Assembly (NCBI GenBank): GCA_963737265.1 | Contig: CAVTRY010000011.1 | Coordinates: 64,001 to 128,000, forward strand | DNA length: 64,000 nucleotides | Origin: an uncultured delta proteobacterium | GTDB lineage: Bacteria; Myxococcota_A; Polyangia; Fen-1088 | Direction: 5' to 3' | In this document: piece by piece, positions 9,547 through 19,163 of the stretch | Layout: every line of letters starts with the position of its first letter | How positions within the stretch are numbered: the first letter of the stretch is position 1 | Made by a program: the position numbers and the translations under genes | The notes under the pieces: generated by a model | Databases searched by the model: none | Seen by the model: only the letters and a program-made list of their open reading frames with translations | What the model was told of the DNA's origin: nothing

Positions 9547-10449
9547 ATGGTCGTAGCGCAGATCAAGACCAAACAAGTTAGCATCTCCTCGGATGAGCTG
9601 GCGGCGCTCATCGAGAAAGCGGTGCTCGAACAGGTGGCCGCGGACCGCATCGCTCTGCCAGCCATGCCAAGGGTCGCGACACGCGCGTTTACCCTGCTCC
9701 GCAAGCGCGATTTCAGTCTGGCCGAGGTGGCCGGGGTGATCGAAACCGATCCGGTCGTGGCGGCACGGCTGGTGCATTTGGCGAACAGCGTGGCCTTCGC
9801 CACGGCCACGAAACTGGAATCGGTGCTTGCTTGCGTGACCCGGCTGGGTGCCCGCGAGCTGTCGTTTTTTCTCATGGAGACCGCTGCGCGCCAGTTGGTC
9901 GAATGTCACGATCCGCGTATCGTCCAAATCTGCGATGGGTTGTGGGAGCATTCGCTTTCCGTCGCAATTCTGGCACATGGTTTGGGTGCGGCCCTGCCGG
10001 GGCTTGACGTGGAGGCCGCGTATCTGGCGGGGCTCCTGCATGATATCGGTCGGCCGGTCGTGGCCGAGATGCTGCTGGACGCGGAACGCAGGTTGCTTGG
10101 CAAGCGCGTGGATCACTGGATCATGCCTTCGAAATGGTTGGGCGTCATCGTCCGATGCGAACGCACGGTCGGGCTGGCCGTGACACGCGCGTGGACATTG
10201 CCGGACACCGTGGTCGACGCGGTTGGGCTGTGCGAGCAATTCGACACCGACCGGCCCTTCCGTTTGGCCAATGTTGTTCGCTTGGCCAATGCGCTGTCCG
10301 CCACAAGCGGTCACGATCTCACTGCCAGGCCGAATGAGGAGGTCGCCGCGATCGTGAAGGAGGGAACGACCTTGCTTGGCCTCGACACGGACACGGTTTC
10401 AGGCGTTCTTACCGCGTTGCCTGCGCGCCTGGCGGGTCGGATGGCGTAA
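9547..10449 (+). CDS. HDOD domain protein
   Basis: LPAMPRVA..DPVVAARLVHLANS, AYLAGLLHDIG, WTLP; start 9547 (ATG) or 9538. Confidence 0.88.
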   Translation: MVVAQIKTKQVSISSDELAALIEKAVLEQVAADRIALPAMPRVATRAFTLLRKRDFSLAEVAGVIETDPVVAARLVHLANSVAFATATKLESVLACVTRLGARELSFFLMETAARQLVECHDPRIVQICDGLWEHSLSVAILAHGLGAALPGLDVEAAYLAGLLHDIGRPVVAEMLLDAERRLLGKRVDHWIMPSKWLGVIVRCERTVGLAVTRAWTLPDTVVDAVGLCEQFDTDRPFRLANVVRLANALSATSGHDLTARPNEEVAAIVKEGTTLLGLDTDTVSGVLTALPARLAGRMA

Positions 10450-10479
10450 CGGGTAGTCGACCCTTCGGGGAACACTCTA

Positions 10480-10899
10480 CTAGGCGCTGGCACGGAAGAG
10501 AATCGTTGCGACATCGTCCATGGTCTTGCGCTCGGCCTGCGCTTCTTCTCGCGCCACTACCGCCCGACGCGATTCGATCACTCGGCGCAGGGCCTCGGTC
10601 TTGGTGCGCGCGCCCAGGTAGCGCGTGCGCGTTTGCGACAGCCCATCCGACGCTGCTTGCACCGCGTGTTCGGCTTGCCGGGCTTCCTGCAGGGCGCGGG
10701 TGTGTGCGGATTCGATGAGCGTCCAATGTGCGGCACTGGCGCCGCGACGGTCATCGACCGATGCTCGCGCCTTCGCCGCCGACAACGCGCTGGTGGCAGC
10801 CGCGACATGGCGTTGGGCATCGGCCAATTCGAGGCGAACCCGATCCTCTTCCGTCTCGCGAAGTCGAAAGACCGTCTCAAGTCGAGTTGTCTTAGCCAC
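10480..10899 (-). CDS. fliJ: Flagellar export protein FliJ (orphan position)
   Basis: 139 aa coiled coil, RLETVFRLRETEED N-terminus and EEAQAERKTMDD C-terminus typical of FliJ; GTG after AGGAG. Confidence 0.75.
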   Translation of the reverse strand: MAKTTRLETVFRLRETEEDRVRLELADAQRHVAAATSALSAAKARASVDDRRGASAAHWTLIESAHTRALQEARQAEHAVQAASDGLSQTRTRYLGARTKTEALRRVIESRRAVVAREEAQAERKTMDDVATILFRASA

Positions 10900-10951
10900 G
10901 ATCTTCTCCTCGGTACGAACGAAAAAGATCTGAAGATCAATTCGCGAGGGC

Positions 10952-10967
10952 AGCAGGAACCATGCCG
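10952..10967 (-). promoter_or_regulatory. Putative sigma-54 promoter of fliJ
   Basis: Minus strand CGGCATGGTTCCTGCT (GG-N10-GC). Confidence 0.6.
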
Positions 10968-11129
10968 TCGCTTTTCTCTCACACCGCGGAACGTTCACGG
11001 TCATGTCCGGCAAGTTCTGCCGGGCAACGACGACCGAGCAGGGATGACTAGACGGCATGGTGCGGGTTGCTACCGAGGTTTCCTCGACGGGCCGCCCCTC
11101 TGCCGCGCCATAGATCTGACTTTCGTTGG

Positions 11130-11145
11130 TGGCACTCGGCTTGCT
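11130..11145 (+). promoter_or_regulatory. Sigma-54 promoter of the flgF operon
   Basis: TGGCAC-TCGGC-TTGCT, a consensus -24/-12 element. Confidence 0.8.
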
Positions 11146-11171
11146 TCGGACAGGCTTTGAGGTGAACCAAC

Positions 11172-11882
11172 GTGGCTGACGGAATCTATGTAGGCATGTC
11201 GGCGGCGATTGCGCGCTCGGCCCAGCTCGATGCGATCGCGGACAATCTAGCCAACATCGACTCGCCCGGTTTCAAGGGCGAGCGGCCCGCATTTAGCTCG
11301 TTCCTTCCCCCTGGCGGTCCCACCGACAAGGTTCTGGCGGGCGCGGTCGCGACCACCCTCGACATGCGACCAGGCGCGACGCAGACAACGGATGCTCCCA
11401 CCGATGTGATTCCCGACGGCGGCTTGTTTCTCGGGGTGCAGATGCCGGGTGGGAAAGTCGGTTATACGCGCAACGGGCACATCGAGATCACAGCCGACGG
11501 TGCCTTACAGATTGCCGGATTGCCCGTGCTCGGAACCGATGGCGAACCGATTGTCGTTCCGCCCGACACCGAGGTGTCGATCGAGAAGACCGGGGAAGTC
11601 TCGGCGGGAAAGCAGGTGGTGGGCAACCTATCGCTGTGGAGCAGCCAAGGTCCGATGGATCGCGTGGCCACCGCCCTGATGATGCCATCGGCGGGCACCC
11701 AAATGACCGCAGCGCCCGATGGCGGCGTGCGCGTGGGCGAGCTGGAGCTCGGCAACGTCAGCGCGCTTGAATCCACGGTGCAGATGATTGGTGCCCAACG
11801 CAACTACGAGCAAGCCATGCAAGCCATTCAGGCCTATCGCCAACTCGACCAAAAAGTGGTCCAGGTCGGCCTCGTTCGCTGA
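11172..11882 (+). CDS. flgF: Basal-body rod protein FlgF
   Basis: IADNLANIDSPGFK, YTRNG, LELGNV; upstream of flgG. Confidence 0.9.
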   Translation: MADGIYVGMSAAIARSAQLDAIADNLANIDSPGFKGERPAFSSFLPPGGPTDKVLAGAVATTLDMRPGATQTTDAPTDVIPDGGLFLGVQMPGGKVGYTRNGHIEITADGALQIAGLPVLGTDGEPIVVPPDTEVSIEKTGEVSAGKQVVGNLSLWSSQGPMDRVATALMMPSAGTQMTAAPDGGVRVGELELGNVSALESTVQMIGAQRNYEQAMQAIQAYRQLDQKVVQVGLVR

Positions 11883-11894
11883 CGGAGAGAAATC

Positions 11895-12680
11895 ATGCTT
11901 CGATCTCTTTACACCGCCGCAACCGGAATGGATGCCCAGCAAACCAGGCTGGACGTCATCGCCAACAACCTTGCCAACGCCAGCACTACTGGGTTCAAGA
12001 GCTCACGGGCGGATTTCGAGGACTTGCTGTCGGAAACCATTCGCTCGTCCACTGCCCCGACCGCGCAAGGCGGTGGTCGGCCCGAGGCATTACAGGTCGG
12101 CCTCGGCGTGCAAACCGCGACCACCACGCGCTCGTTTGCCCAGGGCGACTTGACCCAGACGCAGAATCCTCTGGATCTGGCAATCCAGGGCACCGGCTTT
12201 TTTCGCATCCAGCGCAGCAACGGCGACTTCGCCTACACGCGCGCGGGAAATTTTCGCACCGACGCCACCGGGCGCATCGTAACCCAGACCGGCGAGATCG
12301 TGGAGCCGGGCCTAACCATTCCACCTGATGCCACCAGTGTTACGGTACGCGCCGACGGCACGGTCCTGGTGTCCGAACCCAGTCGCACCACCCCGACGGA
12401 GCTCGGCAACCTTCAGCTTGCGCTTTTCACCAATCCAGGCGGACTCGACGCTTTGGGAAACAATCTCTTCGGTGCGTCGGCGGCCTCGGGTGAACCTGTG
12501 CTGGTCAAGCCGGGCGACCAGGGCTCGGGCTCGATAAGCCAAGGCTACCTTGAGAACGCCAACGTGCAGGCTGTGCAGGAGATGGTCAACATGATCACCA
12601 CCCAGCGCGCGTACGAAATGAACTCCAAGGTCATCGAGGCTGCCGATCAGATGCTTCAAAAACTGAGCCAGCTTCGCTAG
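11895..12680 (+). CDS. flgG: Distal rod protein FlgG
   Basis: MLRSLYTAATGM, ANNLAN, GYLENANV..MITTQRAYEMNSK. Confidence 0.96.
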   Translation: MLRSLYTAATGMDAQQTRLDVIANNLANASTTGFKSSRADFEDLLSETIRSSTAPTAQGGGRPEALQVGLGVQTATTTRSFAQGDLTQTQNPLDLAIQGTGFFRIQRSNGDFAYTRAGNFRTDATGRIVTQTGEIVEPGLTIPPDATSVTVRADGTVLVSEPSRTTPTELGNLQLALFTNPGGLDALGNNLFGASAASGEPVLVKPGDQGSGSISQGYLENANVQAVQEMVNMITTQRAYEMNSKVIEAADQMLQKLSQLR

Positions 12681-12690
12681 GCAGGAATCG

Positions 12691-13323
12691 ATGCCGACCA
12701 TTGCTCTTCTATTTGCGCTCTTCGCCGCTCCCGAGCTGGCGCCGGCCTTGCGGGATGTTCTGCCCAGCGAGGTGAGCACAGCCCTTACGGGCGCGCTCGC
12801 CATTCCTGGAGCCCGCATCGTGCCGCTTGCCTGGTCGGCGCCGCGGCACTGCCGCATTCGCAGCGCCAGTGTGCCTCATCCTATCGACGGTTCGGGCCGC
12901 GTGGCGGTGAGACTAGTTGGTGAGGGCTGTTCGGGATGGGGATGGGTGCATCTCGAAGTTCGGGCCGAGACCGCGGTCACCACCCGCGCAGTTCGCGCCG
13001 GAGAGATCCTGGCACCTGCCTTGGCAGTCGGCGAGAAGGAGATCAAACCCGGCCGGGCGCCGTTTGTCCCGGCACGTGGCGCAGTAGCGGTTCACGCCAT
13101 GTCCGCCGGAACCATAGTGGAACCAAGCGATGTCAGCGGCAGCACCGTAGTCGCTGGCGATCCGGTCAAGATCGTCGTCGTCGCTGGCGCACTGGCGGTC
13201 GAAACCCAGGGACGTCGAATCACCTGTGGCCGCGGGCGCGCCTGCGCGGTTCTGCCCTCGGGGAAGCATGTGGAAGGCGAGATGGATGAGAGTGGTCACC
13301 TGATCGTGGAGGTTCCCCGGTGA
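12691..13323 (+). CDS. flgA: P-ring formation chaperone FlgA-like
   Basis: Signal peptide, SAF-like TTRAVRAGEIL and VVAGDPVKIV..SGK; between flgG and flgH. Confidence 0.7.
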   Translation: MPTIALLFALFAAPELAPALRDVLPSEVSTALTGALAIPGARIVPLAWSAPRHCRIRSASVPHPIDGSGRVAVRLVGEGCSGWGWVHLEVRAETAVTTRAVRAGEILAPALAVGEKEIKPGRAPFVPARGAVAVHAMSAGTIVEPSDVSGSTVVAGDPVKIVVVAGALAVETQGRRITCGRGRACAVLPSGKHVEGEMDESGHLIVEVPR

Positions 13324-14027
13324 GTGCCTGGCGCATCCGTCTCGCGACGGTGGCGGGCATTGCGCTCGCGGCGGCCTGCGGCCCGGCCCACCTTGGCGAG
13401 TACACGCCCAAGCATCGCGAGTACAAGCTCCCGTCCGAAAACAAGGGAGACGACGAACCGTCGTCGCCAGGCAGTCTGTGGCGCGATGGACGTCCGGCCT
13501 CGATGCTGTTCACCGATGCGCGCGCCTTGCACGCCAACGATCTGGTCGTCATCAACATCGAAGAAGTCGCCAATGCCAGCCGCTCCGCCGACACCAATTT
13601 GGCCCGCACGTCGTCGAGCTCGGCCCAGATCAGCGCTTTCCTGGGCCTGCTCAAGAAACTGAAACTGGGTTCGACCGACGGGCAGTCTGGCGTCAACATC
13701 GGCGGCAGCTCAACCGGGAGTTTCACGGGCCAAGGTTCCTCGGATCGCAGTGAGTCCTTTACCGCAACCGTGCCCGCGGTCGTCATCAAGGTGCTACCTA
13801 ACGGAAACCTCTTCGTGGAAGGGCACCGAGCCATCCTGGTGAATTCTGAAGAGCACCATTTCTACATCTCCGGCGTCGTGCGTCCCATCGACATCGATCA
13901 GCAAAACAGCATCAAGAGCTCGGTGGTCGCCGATGCCCAGATCGAGTTCGTCGGGCGCGGAGATCTGACCGACAACCAAAAGCAGGGATGGCTTTCGCGC
14001 TATCTCGGCTGGATTTGGCCTTTCTAA
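13320..14027 (+). CDS. flgH: L-ring lipoprotein FlgH
   Basis: Lipobox LAAAC, GSLW, LFTDARA, VLPNGNL, GVVRPIDI, C-terminal WPF. Confidence 0.95.
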   Translation: MSAWRIRLATVAGIALAAACGPAHLGEYTPKHREYKLPSENKGDDEPSSPGSLWRDGRPASMLFTDARALHANDLVVINIEEVANASRSADTNLARTSSSSAQISAFLGLLKKLKLGSTDGQSGVNIGGSSTGSFTGQGSSDRSESFTATVPAVVIKVLPNGNLFVEGHRAILVNSEEHHFYISGVVRPIDIDQQNSIKSSVVADAQIEFVGRGDLTDNQKQGWLSRYLGWIWPF

Positions 14028-14030
14028 TCC

Positions 14031-15134
14031 ATGCGCAAGGTAAACCTCACCATGCTGGCGCTGCTGGGTGGCCTCGGCCTCGCGGCACCAGCCTCAGCCG
14101 CGCCGGTTCGCGTGAAAGAGTTGGTGGATGTCCAAGGCGTGCGCGACAACTCGATCTTTGGCTACGGATTGGTCGTCGGGCTCGCCGGCACGGGCGATAC
14201 GCAGATGGTGCTTTTCACTTCGCAGTCCATCTCGGGCATGCTGGGCCGGCTCGGTATTCGCATCGATCCCAAAGACGTCATCGTGCGAAACGTGGCCGCG
14301 GTGATGGTGACGGCGCGTCTGCCTTCCTACGCGCGCCCGGGCACCCATCTCGATGTGAACGTCGGGTCGATGGGGGACGCGCGCTCGCTGGCTGGCGGCG
14401 TGCTGCTGGTGACGCCGCTGACAGGGCCCGACGGGCAGGTCTACGCCATCGCCCAGGGACCCGTGCAAGCGGGTGGATTCGACATGAGCTCGACCGGGTC
14501 GCGCATGCAGAAGAACCAACCAACGTCCGGCACCGTGCCAAACGGCGCGTCCATCGAACGCGCCGTGGTCGCCAACCTGTCCAAGGGTTCGGTGGTGCTG
14601 GGCTTGCGTCGTCCCGACTTCACCACGGCGTTGCGCATAGCCGATGCCATCAACAAGTCCCTCGGCGGCGACACGGCTCACGCGACGGATCCTGCGTCCA
14701 TCGAGGTGAAGCCCTCCGCCGAGTGGCAAGACAAGGTCGTGGGGCTGTTGGCGAGGATTGAAGGGCTAGAAGTCGATCCCGATCAGCGTGCCCGCATCGT
14801 GGTCAGCGAGCGCACCGGTACGATTGTTGCGGGCGAAGGCGTGCGCATCCGTCCCGTTGCCGTCGCCCATGGTGGGCTTTCCATTTCAGTCACCCAGACG
14901 CCGTTCGCGTCCCAGCCCAATCCAGCATCACGTGGCCAGACGGTGACGGGCCGGACGGCGAACATCGAGGCACGGGAAGCCCCTGGACGGGCCGTGGCGT
15001 TGCCGGCGACCACTTCGGTGGAGGACTTGGTCAAGGCGCTCAACATGATAGGCGTGGGTCCCCGCGATCTCGTGGCCGTCCTGCAGGCGATGAAAGCGGC
15101 CGGCGCCATCGACGCCGACCTGGAGGTGATGTGA
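14031..15134 (+). CDS. flgI: P-ring protein FlgI
   Basis: GVRDNSIFGYGLVVGLAGTGD, GDARSLAGG, ERTGTIV, LQAMKAAGA. Confidence 0.96.
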   Translation: MRKVNLTMLALLGGLGLAAPASAAPVRVKELVDVQGVRDNSIFGYGLVVGLAGTGDTQMVLFTSQSISGMLGRLGIRIDPKDVIVRNVAAVMVTARLPSYARPGTHLDVNVGSMGDARSLAGGVLLVTPLTGPDGQVYAIAQGPVQAGGFDMSSTGSRMQKNQPTSGTVPNGASIERAVVANLSKGSVVLGLRRPDFTTALRIADAINKSLGGDTAHATDPASIEVKPSAEWQDKVVGLLARIEGLEVDPDQRARIVVSERTGTIVAGEGVRIRPVAVAHGGLSISVTQTPFASQPNPASRGQTVTGRTANIEAREAPGRAVALPATTSVEDLVKALNMIGVGPRDLVAVLQAMKAAGAIDADLEVM

Positions 15135-15857
15135 TGCAGCCGATTCGCACCGCCGCCGACGGGGCTCGCACGCTTGAATCCATTCTGGTCAAGCAGCTCA
15201 TTCAGGATAGCGGCGCCTTTCGCGGCATGAGCCAGGCAGGCGGAAAGATCTACGGCGAAATGTTTTGTGAAGCGCTGGCGAATGCTGTCTCGCAAAGCGG
15301 CGGGGTTGGCATCGCCAAGCTGGTCGAGGGCTCGTTCGAAAAGGGCGCGACAGCGGCGCAAAGTGGGCCTAGCGAGGCCAGCGTCACGGGTGACTTTCTC
15401 TTCCATCCTGCGACCCAACCGGCGGCCAGCGCCGCCAACGCCACGGACGTGACGCCAGAGGTGTTCGAGCGGTTTCGGCGCACGAAAGGACCCCATCGAC
15501 GGTTCCCATCGTTTTCATACTGGCATCGACGTCGCCGCGCAGGAAGGAAGTCCGATTCTGGCCGCTGCGCCCGGCGTCGTGCTCCGAGCTGGGCGGCGCG
15601 GTGGGTACGGTAACGCGGTCGAAATCGACAATGGCAACGGAATTTCGACCCTTTATGGGCACGCATCGGCGCTTTCGGTGAAAGAGGGCGACCGCGTCAA
15701 GGCGGGCCAGCCCATTGCCGCGGTCGGACATAGCGGGCGCGCCACAGGACCGCACTTGCACTTTGAAGTTCGAAAAGACGGAAATCCGACAGATCCGCAA
15801 TCGACCCTTAATAGGTGGGAAGAACGTGCCGACGTACTGATTGGTAGGAAACCCTAA
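15134..15857 (+). CDS. flgJ: FlgJ rod-binding domain fused to an M23 peptidase; +1 frameshift near 15464 in this sequence
   Basis: N-terminal LESILVKQL..IYGEMF..GGVGIAK (rod-binding); the +1 frame gives SSGFGARKDPIDGSHRFHTGIDV..GGYGN..YGH..TGPHLHFEV (M23 HxxxD and HxH). Confidence 0.8.
15808..15835 (+). promoter_or_regulatory. Putative sigma-28 promoter of flgM-flgN-flgK-flgL
   Basis: TTAA-N16-GCCGACGT inside the 3' end of the M23 gene. Confidence 0.6.
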
Positions 15858-15878
15858 CGAAGGCATTGGAGACAAGCC

Positions 15879-16178
15879 ATGAGGGTCGACAACAAACAAT
15901 CAGTAACGAGTACGGATACGGGGCAGGCTAGGTCAACCACCGGGCGGACGCCGATTCGACCGCAGACCGACACGGTCAGTGTCGACGGGGCCAAACAGGT
16001 TGCAGCTGTGGTGCAAGCCGTGCAGGCCAACGCCGGGGTTGACCGCAACAGTCGCCTGGAGGAATTGGAAACCGCGATCCGCCAAGGTGGATACCAGCCT
16101 GACGCGGGGCAGTTGGCGGACAAGATCATGCAAGCCGCGGAGCTGGACGCGCACCTGCGTGCCATTTTTGGAGGATAG
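15879..16178 (+). CDS. flgM: Anti-sigma-28 factor FlgM
   Basis: DTVSV..RNSRLEELETAIRQGGYQPDAGQLADKI. Confidence 0.88.
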   Translation: MRVDNKQSVTSTDTGQARSTTGRTPIRPQTDTVSVDGAKQVAAVVQAVQANAGVDRNSRLEELETAIRQGGYQPDAGQLADKIMQAAELDAHLRAIFGG

Positions 16179-16181
16179 TCG

Positions 16182-16658
16182 ATGGACCCACTCGAACAGA
16201 CCCTGGACGTTGCTACCTGGATGCGCGATGCGATCCAGGCCGAGCTGGAGGCGGCGCGCGAGCAGCGCGTGCTGGTTCGCAAGCTCGACGTGCAGGGGTT
16301 GTTCGAGCGCGCCCGTCGGCGAGGCGAATTCAATGTGAAACTGGCCGAATTGCAAGACGCATTGGGGGCGGCATTGTCCGCGGTGGCCGCAGATCTTGGC
16401 GTGGCCAAAGTGTCGATGGATATTCTGCATGAGTCGGACACCAAGCTGGCCGGACGAGTCGCGCAGGCGTTGTCCGAATTGCGCGCGTCGGCTCAGGCGC
16501 TGCAAGAGATCGATTCGCTCAACCAAGTTCTGTCCCGGCGGGCGCTGGCATGCGTGCGTGGCTACCTGGCTGCCCTATCGCCACGGGCGGATGTCTACGA
16601 CCGGTACGGGGTCATCCACAGTGGCGGCGCGGCGTCGCTTGCTCGTCGGGTGGCCTGA
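16182..16658 (+). CDS. flgN: Export chaperone FlgN
   Basis: Helical, LQEIDSLNQVL..YDRYG; between flgM and flgK. Confidence 0.8.
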   Translation: MDPLEQTLDVATWMRDAIQAELEAAREQRVLVRKLDVQGLFERARRRGEFNVKLAELQDALGAALSAVAADLGVAKVSMDILHESDTKLAGRVAQALSELRASAQALQEIDSLNQVLSRRALACVRGYLAALSPRADVYDRYGVIHSGGAASLARRVA

Positions 16659-16661
16659 GCC

Positions 16662-18068
16662 ATGGATCTCATCAATATCATCATGAACGCGGGCGCCGGC
16701 CTGGGAGTTTATCGAGCCCAGGTCGCGACGGTGAGTAACAACATCGCGAATGCAAACACGCCAGGCTACTCACTCGAGGAAGCCGTGCCCACCGAAACCA
16801 ACCCGGCCGAGGAAGTTGGCACCAATGGCTACCTTGGGCGCGGCGTTTCTCTGCAAGGGGTTGTCCAGTTTCGCGACCAATTTGTCGAGTCTCAGCTCGG
16901 TACGGCCTTCTCGAACAGTTCCAGTACGTCGGCCCAGGCCAATGCCCTGTCCACGGTGACGGCGCTCAACCCTCAAGGGCAGGGCAACGTCACGGATGCG
17001 CTCGGGCAGTTCTATTCGGCTCTGCGCGATCTCAATCAGAACGCCGGCGACCAGGGGCTGCGGAGCGCGCTCGTCAATGCCGCGCAGGGCGTCTGCACCG
17101 CATTTCACACCGCAGCAAGCGCGCTGACAACTGCGCGGAATGGAATCGACCAGAGTGTCAGCGCACTTACGGTCCAGGTCAACGGTTTGCTATCCGGCGT
17201 GGCGACGCTGAACAGCCAAATCGCCTTGTCGGTCAACTCGGGACGAACGCCAAACGACCTGCTCGACGCCCGTCAAAACGATCTGGACCAGCTGGCGCAA
17301 TTGGTTGGGGCGACCGCGGTGCCGGACAATCATTCCGGCGTCAACGTGGTTCTTCCAGGAGGCACCTGCCTCGTCAGCGGAACCATCGCTTCGAGTGTGA
17401 GCGTCCAAAGCGACACAACCAACGGCGGCCACTACGACATCGTCCTGTCTCCGGCGGACGGCAGTGCTTCGACGGCACTACCGTCCGGCCAAATCGGAGG
17501 ACAGATTGGCGGACTGCTCAGCGCTCGCGATACTACCTTGGGCAACGCGCAATCCGGCCTGGATACCCTGGCCTATGATTTTTCGTCCGCAGTCAACCAA
17601 CAGAGCGAGCTTGGCTATGCCCTCGACGGCACGACCGGACACGACCTATTTACCGCGCTGCCCAATTCCACCGGGGCTGCTGCAAATCTAACCGTGGATG
17701 CGAGCGCCAGCGCCAATCCTTCTCTCGTTGCCGCGGCTGGCAGCGCGGCAGCGGGACCCGGCGATGCAACCAATCTGCAGGCCATGATCGCCACCGAGAC
17801 AACGCCCCTCTCCACAGGGCTCAACGTGCAGGACGGCATGGCCAAGCTGACATCGGATTTCGGCAATGCTGTCTCGACCGCCCAGGATTCCTCCACCTTC
17901 GACCAAAATATTCTAACGTCGCTCACCAACGCTCGCGCCTCTGCTTCTGGCGTGTCGGTCGACGACGAATTGACGAAACTCATTCAAGCTCAGAATGCCT
18001 ACAATGCGCTCACGAAGGTAGTGACCACCGGCGACTCGATGCTGACCACGTTGATGAATATGTTCTAG
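16662..18068 (+). CDS. flgK: Hook-associated protein 1
   Basis: SNNIANANTPGYS, GRGV, NDLLDAR, SGVSVDDEL. Confidence 0.95.
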   Translation: MDLINIIMNAGAGLGVYRAQVATVSNNIANANTPGYSLEEAVPTETNPAEEVGTNGYLGRGVSLQGVVQFRDQFVESQLGTAFSNSSSTSAQANALSTVTALNPQGQGNVTDALGQFYSALRDLNQNAGDQGLRSALVNAAQGVCTAFHTAASALTTARNGIDQSVSALTVQVNGLLSGVATLNSQIALSVNSGRTPNDLLDARQNDLDQLAQLVGATAVPDNHSGVNVVLPGGTCLVSGTIASSVSVQSDTTNGGHYDIVLSPADGSASTALPSGQIGGQIGGLLSARDTTLGNAQSGLDTLAYDFSSAVNQQSELGYALDGTTGHDLFTALPNSTGAAANLTVDASASANPSLVAAAGSAAAGPGDATNLQAMIATETTPLSTGLNVQDGMAKLTSDFGNAVSTAQDSSTFDQNILTSLTNARASASGVSVDDELTKLIQAQNAYNALTKVVTTGDSMLTTLMNMF

Positions 18069-18078
18069 AGGCATTTCC

Positions 18079-18963
18079 ATGCGTGTTACTGAAAGCATGA
18101 TCTTCGCAACCGCGATCGCGCAAACCGAGACCTCGCGCGAAAACCTGCAGCAGGCGCAAAACCAAGTGTCGAGCGGCTTGCGAGTTGTGCAGCCAGGCGA
18201 CGACCCCGCCGCGGCTAGCATCGCCGTCACCGACGATATCGATCAAGCGCGTTTCACGTCCATTGGAAAGAATGCCCAGTTGGCCGCGAGTGAGCTGGAC
18301 GCCGCCGACACCGCCCTGGACGGAATTACCACGAACACCAATCGGGCTCTGCAACTCGCGACCCAGTTCGGCAACGATACGTACAATGCCTCGGACCGCG
18401 CGACGGCCGCCGTCGAAGTCCAGGGCCTGTCCCAGACCATCATCGGTCTTCTGAACACGACGTTCAGTGAGCGGTATGTCTTTGGCGGCGACAAAGACAA
18501 TGCGCCGCCATTTGATAGCAATGGTAATTATGTGGGGGATCCTGGGGTGCGAACCGTCGAGGTAGCGCCAGGGCAGTTCCAAGCGGCGTCCCTTAATGCC
18601 AATGCCATCGTAAAGGGTGGCAGCAACGGCGTCGACCTGCTCCAGTCTCTTTCCGATCTGCAGACCGCTCTGCAGAACAATGACGGCGCGGGCATTCGCG
18701 CCGAAGTTGGCAACCTTACCACCGGCATCAAGCAGCTCGCCGCTGGCCGCGCCCAAGCCGGAATAGAGCAGGACGCGTTTCAGAACGCGGTGTCGACGGC
18801 GCAAGCGGCGGCGTCGGGAGAAACCGTTCAAGTTGGCAAGTTGTTGGATGCCGATATCATTGGCGCCTCAACGCAATTGGCTTCGGCTCAATACGCGCTC
18901 AATGCCACGCTGACCGCTGCCGCCAAGACATTCAGTATGTCATTGGCCGATAAGCTGCCGTAG
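18079..18963 (+). CDS. flgL: Hook-associated protein 3
   Basis: MRVT, SSGLRV..DDPAAA, YVFGG. Confidence 0.93.
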   Translation: MRVTESMIFATAIAQTETSRENLQQAQNQVSSGLRVVQPGDDPAAASIAVTDDIDQARFTSIGKNAQLAASELDAADTALDGITTNTNRALQLATQFGNDTYNASDRATAAVEVQGLSQTIIGLLNTTFSERYVFGGDKDNAPPFDSNGNYVGDPGVRTVEVAPGQFQAASLNANAIVKGGSNGVDLLQSLSDLQTALQNNDGAGIRAEVGNLTTGIKQLAAGRAQAGIEQDAFQNAVSTAQAAASGETVQVGKLLDADIIGASTQLASAQYALNATLTAAAKTFSMSLADKLP

Positions 18964-19163
18964 CTTGAGTGCATCGCGGCCCCTCCGGCGGCAAGCTCGC
19001 CGTCGGTCGGGACGGCCGCGCCACGCCTTGGCGGTGCAACTGGAAGGGCGTCCAGGGGCAAATGAAGATACTTCAAAGGCTTATCGAAAAGCAGGCCCCG
19101 TGCCGTAGCTGTATTTGAAGCCGGGCTAGGCGCCCACAGACGAAAGAAAAAAGGAGTTGGGTC

